A stretch of DNA of 64,000 bases from Nemertoderma westbladi (taxonomy: Eukaryota > Animalia > Xenacoelomorpha), in assembly GCA_032718475.1 (NCBI GenBank), contig JAUCBJ010008095.1:19421-83420 (forward strand), in the 5' to 3' direction. Position numbers and translations under genes: made by a program. Positions 1 through 10,128 of this stretch are shown piece after piece; the first letter of the stretch is position 1; each line of letters opens with the position of its first letter. Under the pieces are notes generated by a model that ran no database searches, was not told where the DNA came from, and worked only from the letters and a program-made list of their open reading frames with translations.

Positions 1-36
1 GAGACTATCTGACAGTGTTTGTTTTGTGTCAGCCAT
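1..36 (-). CDS. First 12 codons of gag-pol of element A (partial, runs off window)
   Basis: ATGGCTGACACAAAACAAACACTGTCAGATAGTCTC is homologous to the B ORF start at 20277. Confidence 0.75.
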   Translation of the reverse strand, partial: MADTKQTLSDSL

Positions 37-1586
37 GATTTATATTGCAGTTGAATGCCTACCACCATAACGACAGTTAAAGTAAGTCTAGTAATTCAGT
101 ATCAACTGTAAGCCTAGTAATTAATTACCGATACCGTTACTCAGTGTAACGTGATATATATAATATATTAAAATACCGGTATACACTTATAGTATATATA
201 AGTATTATTACAGACTAGGTTTAGTCACAGAATACCGGTATATAATTTCAGCCTAAATTTATATAAATATATATAATAAGCCTGCCTTAAATACCGGTAA
301 TGTCAATAATTTTATAATAACTGAATTTCTGAATTTTAGGGTGACTTCCCTTTACTTGTTACTGTTATTAAGCAGTAGTCCAACTGATATTAAGACCTAA
401 TTGATGTATAACAGGCCTACTATTTTATAAATCGGTTTGAGTTGATTTATAAGATATATATACCCGTACAATGGGTTTTGACAATGTTTGAAATAAATGT
501 TATTATTTCTGAGTAAGGAGTCACTACACAGAAGCTGAATACTCTCAGTGGAGTGCTACTTGTTGGACACTAATACGAATTATTCTACTTTACTAAGTTA
601 CTTATCACTACAAATTACTTACAATTACTGTGGGAGATTACAATCTCTAAACAAACAATAACAAGTTACACGTACAAATTTTAGGGTAATTTCACAAGAA
701 ATCTACAAACCAGAATAACAAGGAGTTAGAATTTCTGATTATTACAAACGGACAGGATACTACGGTATTTGAAAATAATAAAGCAGTAGTAAGTAAATTG
801 CGTTGTCCAGATAAGAAAATACCACCGTCTGACGACTTATAGCCGTAGCGCTATAAGTACTACGTTATGTACCCGGAGTGTCCTTACCTAGAAGTTAATT
901 ACCGCAGCCAACCAGAGCTAATGTGCCTATTAACCACTTTACAACACAAATATACTGCCTACACACAAAATTACTTTTGGAAAGCACTGTACTCTAAACC
1001 CTAAATTAGGTACAAGTACTTATACAACAAATAACCAGCAGTTAAATATACTTGTACAGCCAAAAGAACCACGGTATCTGATGGAGTGACCGGAGCACAA
1101 AATCACCAGTCTTTACCTAAGCCTAGCAGCCCTGATGTAGTACCGGGGTTAATTTAACTACAACGCTATGTATAACAAGCACAATTACTGTAGGAATGAA
1201 CTTGGGGAGTTTGTAGGTTGCAAATACTCGCATAAACTCTGAATAATAAATATTACGCTACCCGTGCAGATTATACAAACAAAATACAGACCAAATGCTG
1301 GCAGACTACTGTCAAGCCTAAATAAACTACAGTATATGCAGACTCCGAAATGGTTAGTTAGTAGGCGTTCTAACCGAGTAGTACGATTCGAGTAGTACGT
1401 ACGAGTAGGACGCAGTCCCTGATTAAATATCAATACCTACCGGTATACAATTATCAAAAATCGAATAATACTGTTGTACCTGTAAGTACCGGTTCGGGTA
1501 GTTAGGCAGTTAAGCCTACAGCTTACCGTTCGACCGGCACCTTCGACTTTATTGCCTACTGTGCAATAAAGAACAAAATCTATTAT

Positions 1587-4500
1587 TGTTTGAGCTTTCA
1601 GACCTTTAGCAGTTTAACCTGCCAAATTTAGGTGTCCTCTTGTTTATAAATCGACTTTAGCCTATAACAATTATTTTTAGTGCACATGAAGTTACATTAG
1701 CCGAAGCCAGTCTATGCGCGATCATTCACCCACTGTTAAGGGAGACTGGATTCGGGTGCTTTGAAAGTTATTGCGTTGCAGACCTACTGTATTATTCGAT
1801 TGATCATTACTATATAATCTCTGACAATATATTTACTTTTGGGGAAATATTAACAGTTCCTTTAGGACGTGGCGCTTTAAGTATATAAAACAGAGTTATG
1901 ACTTATACTAAACACAACGAGATGGCCACTGAGTTTCGTAAATAGGCATTCTTTAGGAGATGCTTTATTATCTGTCACACTACTTCACACGACTTCACAC
2001 TGATCTGCCGACCATCACTGAATTTGATCATATATAAGGAGGATAGCAACTGACACATGTAGGGATTATGAAATAGCATTTAATTCACATAAAAACCACT
2101 ATAATGTAAGTCGCAATTGCTACAGGTAACCGGTCCCTCTTACCTTCAGTAATCAAGAAGATTGGGGGTTTTATGATTATTTATCGTTATTCTCCAAATA
2201 TAACAACATATCCATCCATATACAACAATTAATAACAGACAGTAAACAAAAGTAAAATAATGCGGTGAACAGTCAGTATGTGTTGCTTATGCAGTGTTGT
2301 GCAGTACTTCAGTGCTCCAGGTTTGATAATAGATTTACGTTCTTGTAATCAAAGCCATCTAACCTAGTAAAACAAACTACCTAGTAAAACAAACAAATTG
2401 CGGCACTCTACCAGTACTACCTAGTAAAACAAACAAAGTGCGGCACTCTACCGGTACTACCTAGTGAAACTCAAAGTTCGGCACTCTACCAGTACTACCT
2501 AGTAAAACAAACAAAGTGCGGGACTCTACCGGTACTACCTAGTGAAACTCAAAGTTCGGCACTCTACTGGTACTACCTAGTAAAACAAACAAAGTGCGGC
2601 ACTCTACCAGTACTACCTAGTGAAACTCAAAGTCCGGCACTCTACCAGTACTACCTAGTAAAACAAACAAAGTGCGGCACTCCACCGCTACTACCTAGTA
2701 AAACAAACAAATTGCGGCACTCTACCAGTACTACCTAGTAAAACTCAAAGTCCGGCACTCTACCAGTACTACCTAGTAAAACTCAAAGGTCGGCACTCTA
2801 CCAGTACTACCTAGTAAAACTCAAAGTCCGGCACTCTACCGGTACTACCTAGTAAAACAAACAAAGTGCGGCACTCTACCAGTACTACCTAGTGAAACTC
2901 AAAGTCCGGCACTCTACCAGTACTACCTAGTAAAACAAACAAAGTGCGGCACTCTACCGGTACTACCTAGTGAAACTCAAAGTTCGGCACTCTACCAGTA
3001 CTACCTAGTAAAACAAACAAAGTGCGGCACTCTACCAGTACTACCTAGTGAAACTCAAAGTCCGGCACTCTACCAGTACTACCTAGTAAAACAAACAAAG
3101 TGCGGCACTCTACCGGTACTACCTAGTAAAACAAACAAAGTGCGGCACTCTACCAGTACTACCTAGTAAAACAAACAAAGTTCGGCACTCTACCGGTACT
3201 ACCTAGTAAAACAAACAAAGTGCGGCACTCTACCGGTACTACCTAGTGAAACTCAAAGTTCGGCACTCTACCAGTACTACCTAGTAAAACAAACAAAGTG
3301 CGGCACTCTACCGGTACTACCTAGTGAAACTCAAAGTTCGGCACTCTACTGGTACTACCTAGTAAAACAAACAAAGTGCGGAACTCTACCGGTACTACCT
3401 AGTGAAACTCAAAGTCCGGCACTCTACCAGTACTACCTAGTAAAACAAACAAAGTGCGGCACTCTACCGGTACTACCTAGTGAAACTCAAAGTTCGGCAC
3501 TCTATCAGTACTACCTAGTAAAACAAACAAAGTGCGGCACTCTACCGGTACTACCTAGTAAAACTCAAAGTTCGGCACTCTACCGGTACTACCTAGTAAA
3601 ACAAACAAAGTGCGGCACTCTACCGGTACTACCTAGTGAAACTCAAAGTTCGGCACTCTACCGGTAATACCTAGTAAAACAAACAAAGTGCGGCACTCTA
3701 CCAGTACTACCTAGTAAAACAAACAAAGTGCAGCACTCTACCGGTACTACCTAGTGAAACTCAAAGTTCGGCAATCTACTGGTACTACCTAGTAAAACAA
3801 ACAAAGTGCGGAACTCTACCGGTACTACCTAGTGAAACTCAAAGTCCGGCACTCTACCAGTACTACCTAGTAAAACAAACAAAGTGCGGCACTCTACCGG
3901 TACTACCTAGTGAAACTCAAAGTTCGGCACTCTATCAGTACTACCTAGTAAAACAAACAAAGTGCGGCACTCTACCGGTACTACCTAGTAAAACTCAAAG
4001 TTCGGCACTCTACCGGTACTACCTAGTAAAACAAACAAAGTGCGGCACTCTACCGGTACTACCTAGTGAAACTCAAAGTTCGGCACTCTACCGGTAATAC
4101 CTAGTAAAACAAACAAAGTGCGGCACTCTACCAGTACTACCTAGTAAAACAAACAAAGTGCGGCACTCTACCGGTACTACCTAGTGAAACTCAAAGTTCG
4201 GCACTCTACTGGTACTACCTAGTAAAACAAACAAAGTGCGGCACTCTACCGGTACTACCTAGTGAAACTCAAAGTTCGGCACTCTACCGGTAATACCTAG
4301 TAAAACAAACAAAGTGCGGCACTCTACCGGTACTACCTAGTGAAACAAACAAAGTTCGGCACTCTACCAGTACTACCTAGTAATACAAACAAAGTCCTAT
4401 ATCCGCAATATCCTACTGTAAAGTTTGTGAATCAAGGCATAATCCAACCTTCTCACCAAAACAGTAAACTCTAAGTAAGCAAATCTATTGCAGTATTGGT

Positions 4501-4820
4501 CTCTTATAACCGGTGAGGCAGAAGACAGTCTACTTCGATAAAACAAAATCCCGCGCAGCGAATCCTAATAATCGTGCTGACTCACTGACGGACTAAAGGC
4601 GCTCGTATACTTTGCCGCAGTGTGATTTATATGGGGTGGGTGAGAGAGAGATGCTAGCTAAATATCTAACTAGCGAGGACAAACCGCGGTATGGACAAAA
4701 TTATTTTATATATTTCGAGGTGTAAATAATTCCTAACGCGTGTGTGTTTTGATTCTGGGTCAAATTGATTTTGTAATCCTTCATATAATATCATTTACTG
4801 GGTCCGGTGTACATTTTACA
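1587..4820 (-). repeat. 5' LTR of element A (TGTAAAA...CAAACA), inflated by a 2-kb tandem array in U3
   Basis: The 3' end matches the B LTR end (GCTAAAGGTC...AACA). The proposed start TGTAAAA matches the B LTR start. Length minus the array is ~1.2 kb, equal to the B LTR. The boundary at 4820 is inferred. Confidence 0.6.
2363..4395. repeat. Minisatellite of ~52 units, 40 bp (CTACCTAGTAAAACAAACAAAGTGCGGCACTCTACCGGTA) and 38 bp (CTACCTAGTGAAACTCAAAGTTCGGCACTCTACCAGTA), with a 430-bp higher-order duplication
   Basis: Read directly. Rare variants recur at +430 (3381/3811, 3501/3931, 3663/4093). Confidence 0.95.
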
Positions 4821-5690
4821 AATATTCTAATTTTGTAGTTTGTAGGTCTAATACTTACGAATGATAAGGCTCCTTCCCCTTTTGTGTATTTCCAGGACTC
4901 AAATTCAGGCATAAGGTTAATACTACACCCAGAATTCGGCAATTTTAATTTACCAGGTCCCTAATACTAAGAAGAAATGTGTTAGTTTACTACAGTAAGC
5001 GTACAGTTGCAAATAGCTAGCCTGGTTCTTATCTAGAATTTTGGTTACCTAGGTGGGCTTGGTAACTTCTTATCAGGATGTCGGCAGGGACACGGTAGGT
5101 GTTAGTATCCCTAATAGCCTTAATTTATGTGCGCCTAGCAATAAACTGCCCGACGGTATAACCTTAATTCAGGCAAAACACAGTAACCCTCTCCTGGCCT
5201 ACAAACTCCAACGCAAACGATGAACACTGTTGTACTACTGATAAACCACCAGCGCACCTATACCTGGCAAATGAGTTAGGCGTACAGTTTTGCTGTACCC
5301 TACCAATGTACATGCCTTGGAATAGTGTACCTGTGTCTTATCTGAGTACTGGTATCTCTCTCTGCCTATCTCTCCTCTCCTCTCCCATAGGAATATGAAG
5401 GGTTTCCGCGGGTTTTTCCTGAATCAAAACAATACAGTTCCTAAATTTAAAATTTTGGCGCACAGCGTGTCACTACTTCTACCTTCGATCTCAGGTCTTA
5501 TACTTAGGTAGCAAGGCATCGAACGCTGTCTAAACTTTCAGGCGATGGGCGAAGAACTATGAATCGGTATTGTGGGTGGTCTCCTGTCTACATTTCGCCG
5601 ATGTTCCCGCTTATTGCTGCGGCCCGCTGTCTAGCCTGCCATCTGTCTCTTAGTTGGGTTCACAGTGGTGAAACATGTAAAAAGGGCAGA

Positions 5691-6244
5691 TGTAGCAATA
5701 ATTCTGACTTTATTACAGATAACCAACAAATTATACTAATACAAACAATTTATAAGTAATAAAGGTCTGCAACTGTGTAATCTATATAGGAACTAATGAA
5801 CAAAACCGCACCTTTTATAGCAAATTTGTGCCGCTAACAATCGAGATAAATCTAGATTGTTCTATGAGTTCCATTAGGTTTTTAAATATAATCATTGGTC
5901 CAGCAAACATATAACTTGCACAACATTGGTTACTGTCAAATAACTACAATCGCATTGGTTAATCTATCTTGAGCAGATGCAATTAAATCGTAGCGGTCAA
6001 TTCAAATGAGTTGAAATTTAGCACAAAAATAATTCGAACCTGCTAGGATTTGAACTCGATACCTACTAAACGATTTTCTAACGCATAACCGACTGAGCTA
6101 CTGAACCACTTGAACAATATTGTATAAATAGCTATATTAAATGCAAATGAGGACTTAATGTAATCTTTATAACACTAATGCAAGTTAATTCCAACAAAAT
6201 AAAATTTTGAAAATCCACGGCTTTTATGAGGATATAATTCTATA
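5691..6244 (-). repeat. Putative 3' LTR of element C (~554 bp)
   Basis: It follows the PPT-like TTTTCATGGAGCGG (compare B TTTTCTGGGAGCGG). It starts TATAG, probably a TG>TA change, contains CTATAAAAG and AATAAA, and ends GCTACA. No second copy is present to confirm it. Confidence 0.6.
6035..6107 (-). pseudogene. tRNA-derived cassette (Pol III A and B boxes), not a functional tRNA
   Basis: GGTTCAG-TAGCTCAGTCGG (A box) ... GAGTTCAAATCC (B box) over 73 nt. Acceptor and T stems pair poorly. Confidence 0.6.
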
Positions 6245-6399
6245 CCGCTCCATGAAAACAGGATATTATGGTACATAAAATATACGGTTTTCACCAATCA
6301 AATTATGGAATACTTGGGGCATACCTACATATTTACAAATTAAATTTCAAACAATAATACTTCCTTTCTACGTAATAATTTGGTACAAAATAATTACAA

Positions 6400-6880
6400 A
6401 TTCAAACTTTACATATTTAAGGCTTTATTAAGTAGGTACAATATAAATCTAAATTAAATTCACCAATATAAATCTATTGCATCTCAAATATTGCATAAAT
6501 TCAAAATAATCACAAATACTAATACTGCTTCTTATATAAAATATAGATTGCATAAGTTCGGAATAATTACAAATATGAAATCACAAGAAAGGCTCGCAAG
6601 TCTTCTGTCTACTCTCTTGCAAATACAAATACTGCTTCTATATAAAATATAAATTGCATAAATTCAAACAATTACGAATACAAATACTTTCGTACCTAAA
6701 TATAAATTGCATAAGTTTGGAATAATCACAAATATAAAATATAAATCTTTCAAAATATAAATTCCTTCTAAATATAAATCTTACTAAATATAAATTCCTT
6801 CTAAATATAAATCTTACTAAATATAAAATATATGAATCAAATAAATCACAAGAAAGGCTCACGAGTCTTCCGTCCACCCT
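6400..6880. repeat. AT-rich degenerate tandem repeats in the 3' UTR of element C
   Basis: Recurring AAATATAAAT(T/C) units, and a 33-bp duplication at ~6752-6830. Confidence 0.6.
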
Positions 6881-7653
6881 TTGCCTTACATTTTATTGCC
6901 TTTCAGAACGGGCCCTGCCGCGTCCTCGAAAACTACGTATAGGCGATTTATTTAGCTTGTGATACGGGACTTATGGGGCGAGTCACTAGTTTACCTTGGA
7001 CATTGGGAGATGGTGCGACCATTTCTTCACAAGCTCGTATTTTCGTAAACCCAAATCCTCGTCCGACTCCTCGTGACCGATTGGTTGTATCCACCGTTGG
7101 CAAAACATCTGGGAACGCGCGGGAAGCGGACGACGCAGACCCAAGAGAAACTTGCGCCCCCTTTTGATCAGCTGGTATGTGTCCCAGTCCTCCTTGCGGT
7201 TCTCTGGGAAGTGACACCGTATCCCGAGTAACTCGAATAGTCGGTTCAAATCCCTTTCGTTCTTCAATATTTATAGTTTTCTTTAGTTGTTGGCTCCTTT
7301 TGAACCCTTATGATCCTGTTCTGTCCGTCCTCCCGAGGGTGACGTGCAGACGGCGCAACCGGAGTAGCTGGTATGTTGGTCGCCTCTAGGATCTCCTCTT
7401 CCTCGAATACGCTTGCTCGTATGCGTTTGTGGTAGAATGCGGCTCAGTACGCCCATGCGACGGTTAACCAAGCTCCCTTGTTTCGCTTTTCTGTTCGGAA
7501 ACGATCAAATTCACCATATGTGATACGATTGACGACTTTCTGGAAGTTCCATGTATTCTTATTATCGGAATGAATCTGTAGCAAATATTCGCGCACAACT
7601 CTAAATCCACTATCATGAGGTAAAATATCAACTACCTCGATTAGTTCGTCATA

Positions 7654-10092
7654 TTGTGGAATAGTGTTAACCGAAATTCTGTCCATCTTCAGGATTTTAT
7701 CTCTGGAAATGGATTGTTTTCGGCTGGAACCCAGTTCAAGAAGCGAACTGGAAAGCTATGGACTCATAGTGGACCCAGTGGTCACAAGTCCCAGATAGAC
7801 CATATTCTGTTTCGTAGGAAATACAGGAGCTCTATACAAGACTGTAATGCATTTACACTTCGACCCTTCTCCAGTGATCACCGCCTTATTGTGGCCAAGG
7901 TAAGACTTAGTCTGCGTGCTAGCAGAACAACGAAATCTGCCTTGCCACGGCATGACTGGTCCTCTCTGTTGCAACAGCCAAGTGTGAGATCCAGCTTCAC
8001 ACTACAGCTGAGCAACAGGTATGAGGCTCTTGCCTCTGAGGCGGCAGATCACTGTGAGGGCTATACTGCCTTTACAGAAGCAGTTAAGTTAGCAGCTGCA
8101 GAAACAGTTCCTGTATACCCTCGAAACAGGAAAAGGGCCCCCTGGACTGACAACAAAATTCAGAAGTGCCGAAATGACCTTCATAAGGCGCAGAAAGAGT
8201 CCCGACTCAAACAGACTACAGCGGCCAAGAATGCAGTTAAAGCTGCATCTAGGTCCCTGAACAGGCAGTACTCTGTTAATCTACAGGAGCTAATAAACCA
8301 ACAGGTTGATGCCATCAATGATGCTGACGACAGCAGGCAATCATCCCAGGCATGGAAATCGATCAATCTGCTTACTGGGCGGAAAAGCCAACCAACCACC
8401 AAGGTTAAGGCTGAATCACCAGCCGATCGCCTCAATGGTTGGAAAGCCCACTTTGAAAAGCTCCTCAATAATGACAGGGTATTGCCTGATAACTTTATAG
8501 AAGTAAAAGTGTCTGAGTCTGTACTCCCAGATATTCCCATTGGCGATATCTCCTTTGCAGAAGTGAAGGCTGCTGCAAAGAGCATTAAGACCAATCGTGC
8601 CAGTGGAGTAGATGGTGTTCCCCCTGAGGTCTTTAAAATACCTGAGTGTTTAAAGCTCATCTATCCCATCATAGTAGACATGTACCGTACAACAAGAGTC
8701 CCACAAGAAATGAAAACAAATAAGTTGGTGCCAGTTCCCAAGAAGGGCAACCTAACACTCTATGGTTCTTTTCGGGGAATCTCATTGATCTCGATTGCTG
8801 CAAAACTATACAATAGAATTCTATTAAATCGCATCAGGGATCCCATTGAGAGACTGCTACGTGGAAATCAGAATGGGTTCCGTAAAGGTCGTGGGACCAT
8901 GGAGCCCATTTTGGCACTTAGAAGGATAATTGAAGAGTTATCAAAAAAGAAAGACAGGCATCTGGCTGTTATCTTTGTTGACTTCTTCAAGGCCTTTGAT
9001 TCAGTCTCTCGCTCACGTATGTTCAGCATACTTTCATTGTATGGGATTCCTGATGAAATTATTGCAGCAATCAGATCAGTATACGATGGTTCGACAACAT
9101 TTGTGTCTACTGTTGACGGTGACACAGAACCATTTGAAGTGTTATGGGGCGTCCTCCAAGGAGACACACTTGCACCATTCTTGTTCATTATTGTGGTTGA
9201 CTATGTTCTACGCATGTCCTTAGATCATCATAATGATGATGGGGTGATGATAACTCCACCTACTGGCTCCAGAAGTCGAGGAAATCCTGCCAAGTACCTA
9301 ACTGATCTAGACTTTGCTGATGACTTAGGAGTACTCTCAGAATCATTAGAGGGAGCCCAGCGGCTCCTCAGCTCATTAGAACATGCTGCTTCTAGTGTTG
9401 GTCTTTTTATTAACTCCAGAAAGACCAAAATTCTGACAGTTAACTTTGAAAGTCCTCAGCAAGTCTCTGATCGGATGAGCATAAGCTCAAAGGATGGTAT
9501 GCTTGAGCATGTGGACGACTTCTGTTACCTGGGATCATGGATCCGGAAGTCAGGTGAGGACCTTCGAATACGTAAGGGAAAGGCATGGGCAGCCTTGAAT
9601 AGGCTTTCCAGGATTTGGAAGTCACCTAGAATTAATCGGAAACTTAAGGTCCGATTATTTAGAGCAGCAGTAGTTCCAGTACTCCTCTACGGGAGTCCAT
9701 GCTGGGCTCTAACTGCTGAGGACACCAAATCTCTGGATGGCACATTCACAAGAATGCTACGCCGGGTACATTGTGTCAAGTACAATGCACACATCTCCAA
9801 CCAGACACTATATAACATTGGAGGTGTCTCATTGGTTCCCCCAAGCTTGACACTAGAACAAAATCGCCTCCGCTTTGCAGGACATTGCTTTCGCCGTGAG
9901 GACCAGCCAGTGCACAATCTTGTACTTTGGCAGCCTCATGGAGTGAATAAGCATGGTGGACAGCCCATGACTTTCTTGAGACGCATCTTAAAGGACACTG
10001 GCCTTAAAGATGCGGATGATCTAGCAAATGTCATGGGTGATAGGGAGTTGTGGCGGTGCAATTTTGTTGACAAGCCGGCACAGCATTCTTAA
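7654..10092 (+). CDS. RTE endonuclease (partial)/reverse transcriptase, open for ~810 codons, N-terminally truncated
   Basis: ORF track and the motifs above. The first codons come from flanking DNA. Confidence 0.85.
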   Translation: MWNSVNRNSVHLQDFISGNGLFSAGTQFKKRTGKLWTHSGPSGHKSQIDHILFRRKYRSSIQDCNAFTLRPFSSDHRLIVAKVRLSLRASRTTKSALPRHDWSSLLQQPSVRSSFTLQLSNRYEALASEAADHCEGYTAFTEAVKLAAAETVPVYPRNRKRAPWTDNKIQKCRNDLHKAQKESRLKQTTAAKNAVKAASRSLNRQYSVNLQELINQQVDAINDADDSRQSSQAWKSINLLTGRKSQPTTKVKAESPADRLNGWKAHFEKLLNNDRVLPDNFIEVKVSESVLPDIPIGDISFAEVKAAAKSIKTNRASGVDGVPPEVFKIPECLKLIYPIIVDMYRTTRVPQEMKTNKLVPVPKKGNLTLYGSFRGISLISIAAKLYNRILLNRIRDPIERLLRGNQNGFRKGRGTMEPILALRRIIEELSKKKDRHLAVIFVDFFKAFDSVSRSRMFSILSLYGIPDEIIAAIRSVYDGSTTFVSTVDGDTEPFEVLWGVLQGDTLAPFLFIIVVDYVLRMSLDHHNDDGVMITPPTGSRSRGNPAKYLTDLDFADDLGVLSESLEGAQRLLSSLEHAASSVGLFINSRKTKILTVNFESPQQVSDRMSISSKDGMLEHVDDFCYLGSWIRKSGEDLRIRKGKAWAALNRLSRIWKSPRINRKLKVRLFRAAVVPVLLYGSPCWALTAEDTKSLDGTFTRMLRRVHCVKYNAHISNQTLYNIGGVSLVPPSLTLEQNRLRFAGHCFRREDQPVHNLVLWQPHGVNKHGGQPMTFLRRILKDTGLKDADDLANVMGDRELWRCNFVDKPAQHS

Positions 10093-10128
10093 AAATGCAG
10101 CTGCAATGCAGCATGCCGATCCTAGTAG
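7660..10128 (+). mobile_element. RTE-clade non-LTR retrotransposon, 5'-truncated, with short 3' UTR and TAG tail; 100-bp target site duplication (7560-7659 = 10129-10228)
   Basis: APE C-terminal motifs (SQIDHIL, SDHRL), RT motifs (QNGFR, DFFKAFDSV, GVLQGDTLAP, FADD), no C-terminal CCHC, and identical flanking direct repeats. Confidence 0.93.

Larger units (their letters stand above)
1..4820 (-). mobile_element. BEL/Pao LTR retrotransposon A, 5' portion (5' LTR, ~1.55 kb leader, start of gag); continues off the left edge
   Basis: The reverse complement of 1-2365 is colinear with element B at ~17310-20310 (LTR R/U5, leader, gag start). The ATG at 36-34 reads MADTKQTLSDSL, against B MSDTQQNLSDSL. 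Confidence 0.85.

Noticed and set aside
829-865. CTGACGA followed by a hairpin, as a possible hammerhead
   Set aside because: No GAAA after stem II and no stem I/III. Kept only as a covarying hairpin.
2363-4395. CRISPR-like appearance of the 38/40-bp array (also 42075-43160)
   Set aside because: No unique spacers, no cas genes, and a eukaryotic context; these are plain tandem repeats.
4821-5690. Sequence between the A LTR and the C LTR as part of either element
   Set aside because: No homology to B or recognisable motifs; left unassigned.
6035-6107. Functional tRNA gene
   Set aside because: Acceptor, anticodon and T stems do not pair; only the promoter boxes remain.
8181-9917. Short antisense and alternate-frame ORFs within RTE, BEL, Gypsy, SMU1 and SLC37A3 coding regions
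   Set aside because: Expected by-products of long coding frames; no independent motifs.
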